Both the position numbers and the translations under genes were made by a program. Shown in pieces: positions 20,752 through 29,128 of a stretch of 36,564 nt of DNA. The notes beneath the pieces were generated by a model. That model was not told where the DNA came from. It did no database searches and saw nothing but the letters and a program-made list of their open reading frames with translations. The DNA comes from Sphingomonadales bacterium. Lineage in GTDB: Bacteria; Pseudomonadota; Alphaproteobacteria; Sphingomonadales; Sphingomonadaceae. The stretch is taken from the NCBI GenBank assembly GCA_038319335.1, contig JBBQDD010000001.1, positions 1 through 36,564 of the forward strand, in the 5' to 3' direction. Position 1 is the first letter of the stretch. Every line of letters starts with the position of its first letter.

Positions 20752-21776
20752 CCGGTCCCCCGTACCCGCGCGAGCAGCTGATCGACATGCGCAATCGGCG
20801 TGTCCTGCAAAATGCCGTGCCCCAGATTAAAGACGTGCGGGCGATCAGGAAAGGCCGCCAGGATGCGATCAATCGCCCCATCCAGCGTTTCGCCGCCGGT
20901 GATCAGCGCCAGCGGATCAAGATTGCCTTGCACCGGCATGTGCTGCGGGATGGTCGCGTTCGCCCAGACGGGATCCAGCGTTTCATCCAGCCCCAGCGCA
21001 TCAACCCCGGTTTCGCGGGCATAGGCGGCCAATTTCGCCCCCGCGCCCTTGGGAAAACCGATGATCGGCGTATCGGGATAGCGCGCATGCAGTGCCGCTG
21101 TAATCGCAGCATTCGGGGCAATCACCCAGCGTTCAAACTGAGCGGGGGAGAGGCTGCCAGACCAGCTGTCGAACAGTTGTACGGCTTCAACCCCCGCCTC
21201 GATCTGCTTGCCGACATATTCGACCGTCAGCGCAGCAATCGCGTCGATAATCTCAGCAAAGGCCGCGGGGTCGCGGTACGCATAACGGCGTGTCTCGGCC
21301 TGATCCTTGCTGCCATGCCCCGCCACCATATAGGTCGCCACCGTCCAGGGACTGCCCGCAAAGCCCAGAAACGTCGTCTGGGGGGCCAACAGCGCTGCCA
21401 CCTTGCGCACGGTCCCATAAACCGGCTCAAGCCGCTCAGGCACCGCCTGGAGCGCGCTCAGCGCGGTATCGACGAGCGCCGGGGTGAGTGCCGGGCCCTC
21501 CCCCACGCCAAATGTCAGCATCTGGCCCATCGCTGACGGCACCATCAAAATATCGGAAAACAGGATCGCCCCGTCAAAACCGAACCGGCGCAGCGGTTGG
21601 ATCGTTACTTCGGCTGCTGCATCACTATCATTCACCAGATCGAGAAAACCGCCTTTTTCCGCCCGCAATGCCCGATATTCCGGCAGATACCGCCCCGCCT
21701 GACGCATCAGCCAGATGGGAGGAATGGCCTGGCGTTCGCCGCGGAGCGTTGCCAGCAATGGCTTGTGATCGGACAG
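20748..21776 (-). CDS. hemE: Uroporphyrinogen decarboxylase (start CTG 21776 or TTG 21758)
   Basis: WLMRQAGRYLPEY, FSDIL, GFAGSPWT, QGNLDP and NLGHG motifs. Confidence 0.96.
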   Translation of the reverse strand: MSDHKPLLATLRGERQAIPPIWLMRQAGRYLPEYRALRAEKGGFLDLVNDSDAAAEVTIQPLRRFGFDGAILFSDILMVPSAMGQMLTFGVGEGPALTPALVDTALSALQAVPERLEPVYGTVRKVAALLAPQTTFLGFAGSPWTVATYMVAGHGSKDQAETRRYAYRDPAAFAEIIDAIAALTVEYVGKQIEAGVEAVQLFDSWSGSLSPAQFERWVIAPNAAITAALHARYPDTPIIGFPKGAGAKLAAYARETGVDALGLDETLDPVWANATIPQHMPVQGNLDPLALITGGETLDGAIDRILAAFPDRPHVFNLGHGILQDTPIAHVDQLLARVRGTG

Positions 21777-21789
21777 CGTCTCTCTCCTG

Positions 21790-22085
21790 CTTTATCTATC
21801 AAGAAGAATCTAAAAAGGGATGTTGATGTGATGGCACCGTGGATATCGGGGCTTATGCAGCTATCCCGATAATGCCAACAGGCAAGGCGTACTAGAGGCC
21901 CAGAATCCGGTAGGCATCAGCGTCGTTTCCCGAAAATATCCCCGTCCCCCACAGGCTGTGGATAGCTTGAATGGCTGTCGATGGCTTTGTGGATGAAGTG
22001 CGATCGATCCACAGCGTTGACGGCGCTTGGCGCTGTCGCCGGGTTGCGCTAGCCCTTGTCCCCATGTTGTCCACATATCCGTGCC
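21790..22085. other. Probable chromosomal replication origin (oriC)
   Basis: Intergenic between divergent hemE and ppsR, the typical alphaproteobacterial ori position. AT-rich stretch at 21791-21833 and DnaA-box-like 9-mers at 21957-21965, 21988-21996, 22005-22013 and 22067-22075, with weaker ones at 21838, 21945 and 22056. GANTC sites at 21806 and 21903. parS cluster 6-8 kb away. Confidence 0.88.
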
Positions 22086-22089
22086 GTTG

Positions 22090-22902
22090 ATGCGGCTGCA
22101 CCTTCATCTGCTGTCGGATTCGACCGGGGAAACCCTGGAAAACATCGCCAAGGCAGCGCTTGCGCAATATGACGATGTGGAAACGATCCGCCATTTCTGG
22201 CCGATGGTGCGCAGCGAGGCGCATCTGGAACGCATCGTCCAGGAAATCGCGCAGAATCCCGGGCTTGTGCTGTTCACCCTGGTCAATCTCCAGACCCGCC
22301 GGACGCTGGAGGCGCAATGCCGTGCGCTCGGCCTGTCGGCAGTTGCACCGCTGGATTCCGTCACCGATGCGCTGTCGGGGCTGCTGGGACAGCAGGCAAA
22401 GGCACGGCCGGGCCGCCAGCACGTGCTCGATGCCGCCTATTTCGCGCGGGTGGAGGCGATCCACTACACCATTGCCCATGATGACGGCATTGGTTGGGAG
22501 GATTGGGAAGATGCCGATATCGTCCTGGCCGGCGTCTCGCGTTCGTCCAAAACCCCGACAGCGATTTATCTGGCGAACCGCGGCTACAAGACCGCCAATA
22601 TCCCCATTGTTGTCGAAGTGCCCGTACCGCCGGCGCTGTTCTCACTCAAAAATCCGCTCGTCATTGGCCTGACGACAAGCGCCGACCGGTTGATCCAGGT
22701 CCGCCGCAACCGATTGCTGTCGCTCAACCAGGCACCCGAAACCGCCTATGTCGATCAGGAAGCCGTGGCACATGAAGTGAGTTTTGCGCGCCGGATGTTT
22801 GCCGATCATGGCTGGCCAGTGATTGATGTGACCCGCCGGTCGATCGAAGAGACTGCAGCGGCAATCATCGCGCTGGTCAATGAACGTGAAGCGAGCGAAT
22901 GA
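22090..22902 (+). CDS. ppsR: PEP synthase/pyruvate phosphate dikinase regulatory protein (DUF299 kinase/pyrophosphorylase)
   Basis: HLLSDSTGET, HDDG, GVSRSSKTP and SIEETA motifs. Confidence 0.93.
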   Translation: MRLHLHLLSDSTGETLENIAKAALAQYDDVETIRHFWPMVRSEAHLERIVQEIAQNPGLVLFTLVNLQTRRTLEAQCRALGLSAVAPLDSVTDALSGLLGQQAKARPGRQHVLDAAYFARVEAIHYTIAHDDGIGWEDWEDADIVLAGVSRSSKTPTAIYLANRGYKTANIPIVVEVPVPPALFSLKNPLVIGLTTSADRLIQVRRNRLLSLNQAPETAYVDQEAVAHEVSFARRMFADHGWPVIDVTRRSIEETAAAIIALVNEREASE

Positions 22903-23495
22903 AGCTGATCCTCGCCTCACAAAGCGCATCACGCCGGGCCATGCTCGACGCCGCTGGCGTGGCCTATGATGCGCTGCCCGCGCATGTGGATGAGGCTGGG
23001 ATGAAGGCGGCAATGCTGGCCGCTGGTCACCCGCCGCGCGATATCGCCGATGCACTTGCCGAGCTGAAGGCCGTAAAGATTTCGCAAGCCCACCCAGCCG
23101 CCCTGGTGCTCGGGAGCGATTCAGTGGTGGTGCGCGCGGACGGCGCGCTGCTCGACAAACCGATCGACCGGGAAACGGCGCGAAGCCAGCTCGCCGCGCT
23201 GTCAGCGGGAACGCATCAGTTGATCAGTGCCGCGGTGATCGCTGAACAGGGTCGCCCGGTATGGCGGCATGTCGATCAGGCCCGGCTGGTCGTTCGACCA
23301 CTGTCTGCGGCGTTCATCGATGCTTATCTTGATGCGGAATGGCCCGCCATCGCCCAATGCGTCGGCTGTTTTCGGATCGAGGGGCCGGGCGTGACATTGT
23401 TCGATCGGATCGATGGCAATCATTTTACGATCTTGGGGATGCCGCTGTTGCCGGTGCTGGGCTATCTGCGTTTGCGCGGGATCATGGCGGCATGA
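22899..23495 (+). CDS. maf: Maf family nucleotide pyrophosphatase
   Basis: LILASQS..R, GSD, KP and ILGMPL motifs. Confidence 0.92.
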   Translation: MKLILASQSASRRAMLDAAGVAYDALPAHVDEAGMKAAMLAAGHPPRDIADALAELKAVKISQAHPAALVLGSDSVVVRADGALLDKPIDRETARSQLAALSAGTHQLISAAVIAEQGRPVWRHVDQARLVVRPLSAAFIDAYLDAEWPAIAQCVGCFRIEGPGVTLFDRIDGNHFTILGMPLLPVLGYLRLRGIMAA

Positions 23496-24301
23496 CGCGC
23501 CGTTATGCAGAGGTGATCGGCGATCCGATTGCCCATAGCAAATCCCCGATCATCCATGGTTTCTGGCTGGAAGCGCTGGGAATCGACGCCGATTACCGGA
23601 CTTGTCACGTCACGCCGGCTGATCTGGCGGCCTATTTTACCAATCGCATCGCTGATCCCGCCTGGTGCGGGTGCAACATCACCATCCCGCACAAGATTAC
23701 CGCGCTTGATCATGTCGCTGATCCGGGCGGGGTGCGCGCGAGCATCGGCGCGATCAATCTGGTGGCGCGCGGTGAACAGGGTGTTTTCTTTGGCACCAAC
23801 ACTGATGCAGGCGGCTTTTATGCACCGATCGCGGATCTTGACCTTACCGATGCGCCCATCGTCGTCATCGGTGCGGGCGGCGCGGCGCGGGCGATATTGT
23901 TTGCGCTCTCACGCCTTGGTGTCGGCCGCGTCACGGTGCTGAACCGAAATGTGTTGAAAGGCGCGGCATTGCTGGCGACCTTTGGGCTGAAGGGCGATGC
24001 CCTGCCGCTCACCGCGCCGCTGCCGCCTGCCGCCCTGCTCGTCAATGCAAGTGCGCTGGGGATGAAGGGCCAGCCACCGCTGGAGATTGATCTGGATCCT
24101 CTGCCGGACGATGCCGTGGTGTATGACATTGTCTATGCCCCGCTGGAAACGCCGTTGCTGGCAGCAGCACGGGCACATGATCTCGATACCGTCGATGGGC
24201 TTGAGATGCTGATCGGGCAGGCCGCGCTGGCGTTTGAGATTTTGTTCGGGGTGGCGCCGCCCCGCGACCGTGATGACGATCTGCGTGCCCGGCTGATATG
24301 A
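23492..24301 (+). CDS. aroE: Shikimate dehydrogenase
   Basis: GDPIAHSKSP, NITIPHK, NTD, GAGGAARA and DGLEML motifs. Confidence 0.95.
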   Translation: MTRRYAEVIGDPIAHSKSPIIHGFWLEALGIDADYRTCHVTPADLAAYFTNRIADPAWCGCNITIPHKITALDHVADPGGVRASIGAINLVARGEQGVFFGTNTDAGGFYAPIADLDLTDAPIVVIGAGGAARAILFALSRLGVGRVTVLNRNVLKGAALLATFGLKGDALPLTAPLPPAALLVNASALGMKGQPPLEIDLDPLPDDAVVYDIVYAPLETPLLAAARAHDLDTVDGLEMLIGQAALAFEILFGVAPPRDRDDDLRARLI

Positions 24302-24891
24302 TCACCGTCGGGCTGACAGGATCGATCGGCATGGGGAAATCGACCGTCGCGGCGATGTTTGCCGATGAAGGCGTGCCCATATTCGATGCCGATGCCGCCG
24401 TGCACCGCTTGCAGGGCGCAGGCGGGGCGCTGGTGCCAGCGATTGAGGCTGATTTCCCCGGCACCACCGGGCCGATGGGGGTCGACCGGGCGGCACTGGG
24501 CGCGGCGGTGTTCGGGGATGATGCGGCGATGAAGCGGCTGGAGGCGATCGTCCACCCGGCGGTGGGGGCGGAACGCGCGGGTTTCCTGGTGGCGAACCAT
24601 GCTGCCCCGATCATCCTGTTCGATGTGCCGCTGCTGTTCGAAACCGGGGGTGAGCAGCGAGTCGACAAGGTGATCGTGGTATCGGCGGCTCCAGATGTGC
24701 AGCGCAGCCGGGTGCTGGCCCGGCCCGGGCAAACGCCTGAACGGTTCGCCGCCATCCTCGCGCGCCAGCTGCCTGATGCGGAAAAGCGCGCCCGGGCTGA
24801 TTTCGTGATCGCCACCGATGTGCCGATTGAAGAAACCCGGGCCAGCGTCCGCGCGGTCATCGCTTGCCTGTTGGCCGGGACAGGTGGATAA
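24298..24891 (+). CDS. coaE: Dephospho-CoA kinase
   Basis: GLTGSIGMGKST, DAD, IVHP and DVPLLFE motifs. Confidence 0.96.
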   Translation: MITVGLTGSIGMGKSTVAAMFADEGVPIFDADAAVHRLQGAGGALVPAIEADFPGTTGPMGVDRAALGAAVFGDDAAMKRLEAIVHPAVGAERAGFLVANHAAPIILFDVPLLFETGGEQRVDKVIVVSAAPDVQRSRVLARPGQTPERFAAILARQLPDAEKRARADFVIATDVPIEETRASVRAVIACLLAGTGG

Positions 24892-24898
24892 CAATAGC

Positions 24899-25588
24899 AT
24901 GCGTGAGATTGTCTTCGATACCGAGACGACCGGCCTTAGTTTTTCGAATGGCGACCGGCTGGTCGAAATCGGTTGTGTCGAGATGATCAACCGGGTCGAA
25001 ACCGGCGTTACCTTCCACGCCTATTTCCACCCGGAACGGCCCATGGCGCCGGAAGCGCAGGCGATTCACGGGCTGAGCGATGCGTTTCTGGCGGATAAAC
25101 CGCTTTTTGCGCAGGTTTGCGACGATCTGCTCGATTTTCTGGGGGAAAGCCCGCTGGTCGCGCACAATGCCAGCTTTGATTTCGGCTTTTTGAACGGCGA
25201 GTTGAAGCGGATCGGGCGCAAAATCCTGTCGCTTGAGCGGATGGTGGATACAGTCGCCCTGGCGCGCACCCGGCATCCCGGTGCGAAACACTCGCTGGAT
25301 GCGCTGTGCACCCGGTTCGGCATTGATCGCAGCCACCGGCTGCTCCACGGCGCGCTGCTTGACGCGCAATTGCTCGCCCAGGTCTATGTCGAGCTGACCG
25401 GGGGCCGCCAGATCGGGCTGACATTGGTCGCTGACCAGGCTGCAGAGCCGGTGGCGATGACCCCTGCGATGCCCAATATCAGCCGCCCGCTGCGCGTTTT
25501 CACGGTCAGCGATGCAGAGGTCGAACGCCACCACCGGTTCATGGAAGGGGTGAACAATCCGCTTTGGGGGCCGTTGACCCCCGGTTGA
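24899..25588 (+). CDS. dnaQ: DNA polymerase III epsilon subunit
   Basis: Exo motifs DTETTG, HNASFD and HGALLDA, plus GGRQ. Confidence 0.96.
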   Translation: MREIVFDTETTGLSFSNGDRLVEIGCVEMINRVETGVTFHAYFHPERPMAPEAQAIHGLSDAFLADKPLFAQVCDDLLDFLGESPLVAHNASFDFGFLNGELKRIGRKILSLERMVDTVALARTRHPGAKHSLDALCTRFGIDRSHRLLHGALLDAQLLAQVYVELTGGRQIGLTLVADQAAEPVAMTPAMPNISRPLRVFTVSDAEVERHHRFMEGVNNPLWGPLTPG

Positions 25589-25654
25589 AGATTTTGGCTT
25601 ATCAGCTTGCCCGGGCAAGCGGTACGCCGTTTGCCCCAATCGAGGAGGAAAGAC

Positions 25655-26251
25655 ATGGAAATCCGCGTTTCAGGCCATCAGGTAGATACCGGCGAAGCCT
25701 TGCGGGAGCGTGTAAAGGATCGATTGAACGGCATTGCGGACAAATATTTCTCCCGCGCCATTTCTGCGCAGGTAACGCTTGGCCGGGGGCCGCATGATGC
25801 CGGCTTTACCTGCGATATCGTCGCCCATGTGATGCAGGGCGTGGTGCTGAAGGCGCGCGGCGACGCGATGGAGGCGCATCTCGCCTTTGACGGCGCGGCC
25901 GACAAGATCGAAAAACAGCTGCGTCGCTATATGCGCCGGCTGAAGGATCGGCACAGCGCGCATGCCAGCAATGGTCATGACGGCAATGGTTATGACGGGG
26001 TGCCGGACAATGCCGGCTACACCCTGTTTCGCGAGGAAACGGCGGAGGCCGAACCCCAGGATTTCCCCGCCATCGTTGCCGAAATGCGCGTCGACGTGCC
26101 CGATACCACGGTGTCCGATGCCGTGATGATGCTCGATCTGCGCAACACCACCGCGCTGTTGTTTCGCAACACCGGCACCGGCGCGTATAACATGGTCTAT
26201 CGGCGCGGCGACGGCACGATCGGCTGGGTGGAGCCCCAGCGCGGCGGCTGA
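25655..26251 (+). CDS. hpf: Long-form ribosome hibernation promoting factor
   Basis: MEIRVSGHQVDTG..., KIEKQLRRY and a C-terminal domain (NMVYRR.DG.IGW). SD GAGGAGG upstream. Confidence 0.9.
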   Translation: MEIRVSGHQVDTGEALRERVKDRLNGIADKYFSRAISAQVTLGRGPHDAGFTCDIVAHVMQGVVLKARGDAMEAHLAFDGAADKIEKQLRRYMRRLKDRHSAHASNGHDGNGYDGVPDNAGYTLFREETAEAEPQDFPAIVAEMRVDVPDTTVSDAVMMLDLRNTTALLFRNTGTGAYNMVYRRGDGTIGWVEPQRGG

Positions 26252-26364
26252 GGCTGCGCGTCGCTTCAGCACTGGCGCTTTCACTCGGGCGCAATCGGCG
26301 TTATGCGGCGCCACCGCTCCACCGTGCGCCACCAGCGACGCCGATGCTGCGATGTGGAACCGTG

Positions 26365-26862
26365 ATGACCAATTTCAGTGATTTGCTGCTGCCGCAAACG
26401 GTGTTGAACGACGTGCCTGCCGCGAATAAAAAGGCGGTCTTGCAGCATCTTGCCCAGGCTGCAGCACAGGCATATGCGCTTGATGCCAAGGCGGTGGGCA
26501 CCATTATTGCCGATCGTGAACGGCTGGGGTCTACCGGCTTTGGTGGCGGGGTTGCGATCCCCCATGGCAAGATCGCCGGGATTGACCGGGTGGTGGGCGT
26601 GTTCGCGCGGCTGGCCCAGCCGGTTGAGTTTCAGGCGATTGACGAATTGCCGGTGGACACCGTGTTCCTGCTGCTTTCTCCACTGGATGCCGGTGCTGAC
26701 CATCTGAAGGCGCTGGCGCGGGTTTCCCGGCAGCTGCGCGATCGCGGCTTTGTGGCCAAGTTGCGCGGCGCAGGCACCCCCGATGCGCTGTTCGCGCTGT
26801 GGACGGGTGACGAAGGGGCCAGTGTTGAAGGGGCCAGTGTTGCGGGCCGTAATGCCGCCTGA
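26365..26862 (+). CDS. ptsN: PTS EIIA-Ntr
   Basis: RERLGSTGFGGGVAIPH phospho-His motif and HLKALA; follows hpf. Confidence 0.9.
   Translation: MTNFSDLLLPQTVLNDVPAANKKAVLQHLAQAAAQAYALDAKAVGTIIADRERLGSTGFGGGVAIPHGKIAGIDRVVGVFARLAQPVEFQAIDELPVDTVFLLLSPLDAGADHLKALARVSRQLRDRGFVAKLRGAGTPDALFALWTGDEGASVEGASVAGRNAA
26812..26841 (+). repeat. Perfect 15-bp tandem duplication in the ptsN 3' end
   Basis: GAAGGGGCCAGTGTT twice, encoding EGASV-EGASV. Confidence 0.9.
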
Positions 26863-27322
26863 AGCGCCGCCGCTAGCCCAGGGGGCCGAAGCGCATTTTC
26901 GCGCGCTCGAATCGCTATATGCCGCGGCGCCCATCAACCGCCTGTTCGAATCGCGGCTGACAGTTCCTGAATCAGGCATCGCCCGGATCGCGTTCACCCT
27001 CGATTCGCGCTATTATCACGCCGGCGGCGCAGCGCATGGCACCAGCTATTTCAAGATGCTCGACGATGCCGCCTTCTACGCCGCCAACAGCATCGTCACC
27101 GATCGCTTTTTGCTCACCACCGCCTTCAATCTACTCTTTACCCGCCCCATGACCGAAGGGATTGTACATGCCGAAGGCCGCTGGATCAGCGGCCACCGCC
27201 GGGTACTGATCGCCGATGCACGGCTGATCGATGCAAGCGGGGAAGAGGTGGCACGCGGCACTGGCACGTTCATGCGATCGCGGATTCCGCTCGCCAGCCT
27301 GCCGGGCTATCGGCCCGTATGA
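26852..27322 (+). CDS. PaaI family hotdog-fold thioesterase
   Basis: HGTSYFKMLDDA motif, hotdog-fold size, and VARGTGTF C-terminal strand. Confidence 0.85.
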   Translation: MPPEAPPLAQGAEAHFRALESLYAAAPINRLFESRLTVPESGIARIAFTLDSRYYHAGGAAHGTSYFKMLDDAAFYAANSIVTDRFLLTTAFNLLFTRPMTEGIVHAEGRWISGHRRVLIADARLIDASGEEVARGTGTFMRSRIPLASLPGYRPV

Positions 27323-27660
27323 ATGATCGCCTGCCGAGCACGGTGTTGGTCAACGCCTTGTTGCGCCGGGTAAATGATGCTGGCGGCATGGCCATGGTGC
27401 TTGCCAAGGGGGATTTGCAGGGTGGGGGCATTCTGATCGTTGCGTGCGAAAAGGGCCGTGGTTTCAAGATATTGGAACGTGGTATCGGGCCATCCGGCCA
27501 AGTCGAACTGGTCGCGCCAGCATCGGTGGCTGCAGATGATGCAGCGCAGGTTACCGCCTATTGGCAGCGCCGCTGTGCCCGCGACCCCGACCTATGGGTG
27601 ATCGAACTGGACATCGCACAAGCAGAACGGTTCGCCGCTGAAACGATCGTGACGGGTTGA
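27319..27660 (+). CDS. DUF1491 family protein
   Basis: VLAKGD...G.I and C-terminal RDPDLWVIE signature. Confidence 0.8.
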   Translation: MNDRLPSTVLVNALLRRVNDAGGMAMVLAKGDLQGGGILIVACEKGRGFKILERGIGPSGQVELVAPASVAADDAAQVTAYWQRRCARDPDLWVIELDIAQAERFAAETIVTG

Positions 27661-27817
27661 CTATATTGCGCCGCACAACGAAAGGGCGGCGCTTCGAAAT
27701 ACGCGTTGTGCTGTGCTGATGTGCGATATCGGTCGGTGACGCAGTCGGGGGGTATGCCCGGCATGATGTCGATTTGGCAGTCATGACCGCGCGCAAACCG
27801 CATATTTAGCAGTTTCA

Positions 27818-28540
27818 ATGCCAATTTCTGTTCGTGCCGCGATCGTTGTCGCAGTTTTCTGTGCCGCCAGCTTGGCTGGTTCCGGCACCCCCGGTTTCGC
27901 AATCGAACGCGACCGGACCGTGGTTTTCGCGACCCCGTTGGCGGGTGGCGCACCGGTGGCTGATAATGCCATCACATCGAATACCCTCAACGCGCTCGTC
28001 CCAGCACCGGTTCCGTCGGTGCCCGAAACATCGGCCAACGCCCCGCTGACCGGGCCCGCGTCCCCACCGGTGATCGCCGATGATCCCAGCAGCCTTGATC
28101 CCAGCCTGCCCGCTGAACGTCGCGCTTATGCCTCGCTCGCGGCGGCCGTCGCGGCGCAGGATATGCCTGCTGCCGCCGATCACGACCTGACCTGCTTGGC
28201 AGGTGCGATCTATTTCGAATCAAAGGGTGAGCCGCTGGCGGGCCAGTTGGCGGTTGCCAATGTGGTCATCAACCGGACGCAGTCGGGCCGGTTTCCCCGC
28301 TCGATCTGCGCGGTCGTGACCCAGCCCGGGCAGTTCTCGTTCGTTCGCGGCGGCCGGGTGCCCAGCATCTCGCCGAACAACGCCGGTTATCGCACCGCGA
28401 TGGCCGTGGCGCAGGTTGCCATGGATCGGCACTGGATAAGCCCTGTTGCCAATGCCATGTTCTTCCACGCACGCCGGGTTTCACCCGGCTGGCGGTTGAC
28501 GCGCGTTGCCGCCATTGGCGGGCACGTGTTCTACCGGTGA
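27818..28540 (+). CDS. Cell wall hydrolase, SleB/CwlJ (Hydrolase_2) family
   Basis: Signal peptide, Pro-rich linker, CLAGAIYFESKGE, AVANVVINR, QFS and IGGHVFY motifs. Confidence 0.9.
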   Translation: MPISVRAAIVVAVFCAASLAGSGTPGFAIERDRTVVFATPLAGGAPVADNAITSNTLNALVPAPVPSVPETSANAPLTGPASPPVIADDPSSLDPSLPAERRAYASLAAAVAAQDMPAAADHDLTCLAGAIYFESKGEPLAGQLAVANVVINRTQSGRFPRSICAVVTQPGQFSFVRGGRVPSISPNNAGYRTAMAVAQVAMDRHWISPVANAMFFHARRVSPGWRLTRVAAIGGHVFYR

Positions 28541-28568
28541 TCTGGCCAGCCCGGCGGGGCTTTATTCT

Positions 28569-28583
28569 GTTCGTGTAATGTTC
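28569..28583 (+). promoter_or_regulatory. LexA (SOS) box of mmcB
   Basis: GTTC-GTGTAAT-GTTC is the alphaproteobacterial GTTC-N7-GTTC consensus, 12 bp before the start of a known SOS-family gene. Confidence 0.88.
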
Positions 28584-28595
28584 TAGATCGGGGAA

Positions 28596-29108
28596 ATGCT
28601 TTCACAGCCTTTCCCCGATTCTGTATCGACCCCAGCGCAGGCTCCGGTTCTCGGGCCATCGCCATGTGCCGCTGATCTGGCCCGTGGGGTATCGCGGATG
28701 CTGCTTCGCCATGATCTGGTGGCGATGGGCGAAGTGCCGCTTGATGGTGGTCGGCGTGCGGACCTGATGGCCGTGGATGCCCGGGGCGGCATTGTCATCG
28801 TTGAGATAAAAACGTCGCGGGCTGATTTGCTGGGTGACGGCAAATGGACGGATTATCTGGGCCATTGCGACAGATATTTCTGGGCCGTGCCGACTGGCTT
28901 CGATTTGTCGCCGCTGCACGGTGCCGCATTCCTGCCCGAACGCACCGGCATTATCGTTGCCGATCGCTATGACGGGGTAATTATACGGGCGGCGCACAGC
29001 ACGCCATTGTCGCCTGCAGCCCGCAAGCGCGATACGCTGGCCTTTGCCCGGCGGGCCGCGCGGCGATTGCTGCAGCTGGTCGATCCCGACGCCGAATTGC
29101 CCGGCTGA
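28596..29108 (+). CDS. mmcB: MmcB family DNA repair endonuclease (DUF1052)
   Basis: GRRAD, IVEIKTS.AD..GD.KW.DY..CD.YFWA (PD-(D/E)xK fold) and an upstream SOS box. Confidence 0.88.
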   Translation: MLSQPFPDSVSTPAQAPVLGPSPCAADLARGVSRMLLRHDLVAMGEVPLDGGRRADLMAVDARGGIVIVEIKTSRADLLGDGKWTDYLGHCDRYFWAVPTGFDLSPLHGAAFLPERTGIIVADRYDGVIIRAAHSTPLSPAARKRDTLAFARRAARRLLQLVDPDAELPG

Positions 29109-29128
29109 GCCCGGCGACCAGCCACGCC

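Noticed and set aside
21861-22479. Minus-strand ORFs across the origin and ppsR
   Set aside because: Shadow ORFs with no motifs; the region is explained by oriC and ppsR.
25590-25654. raiA-motif RNA upstream of hpf
   Set aside because: The 66-bp gap is far too short, and that motif is known from Firmicutes and Actinobacteria.
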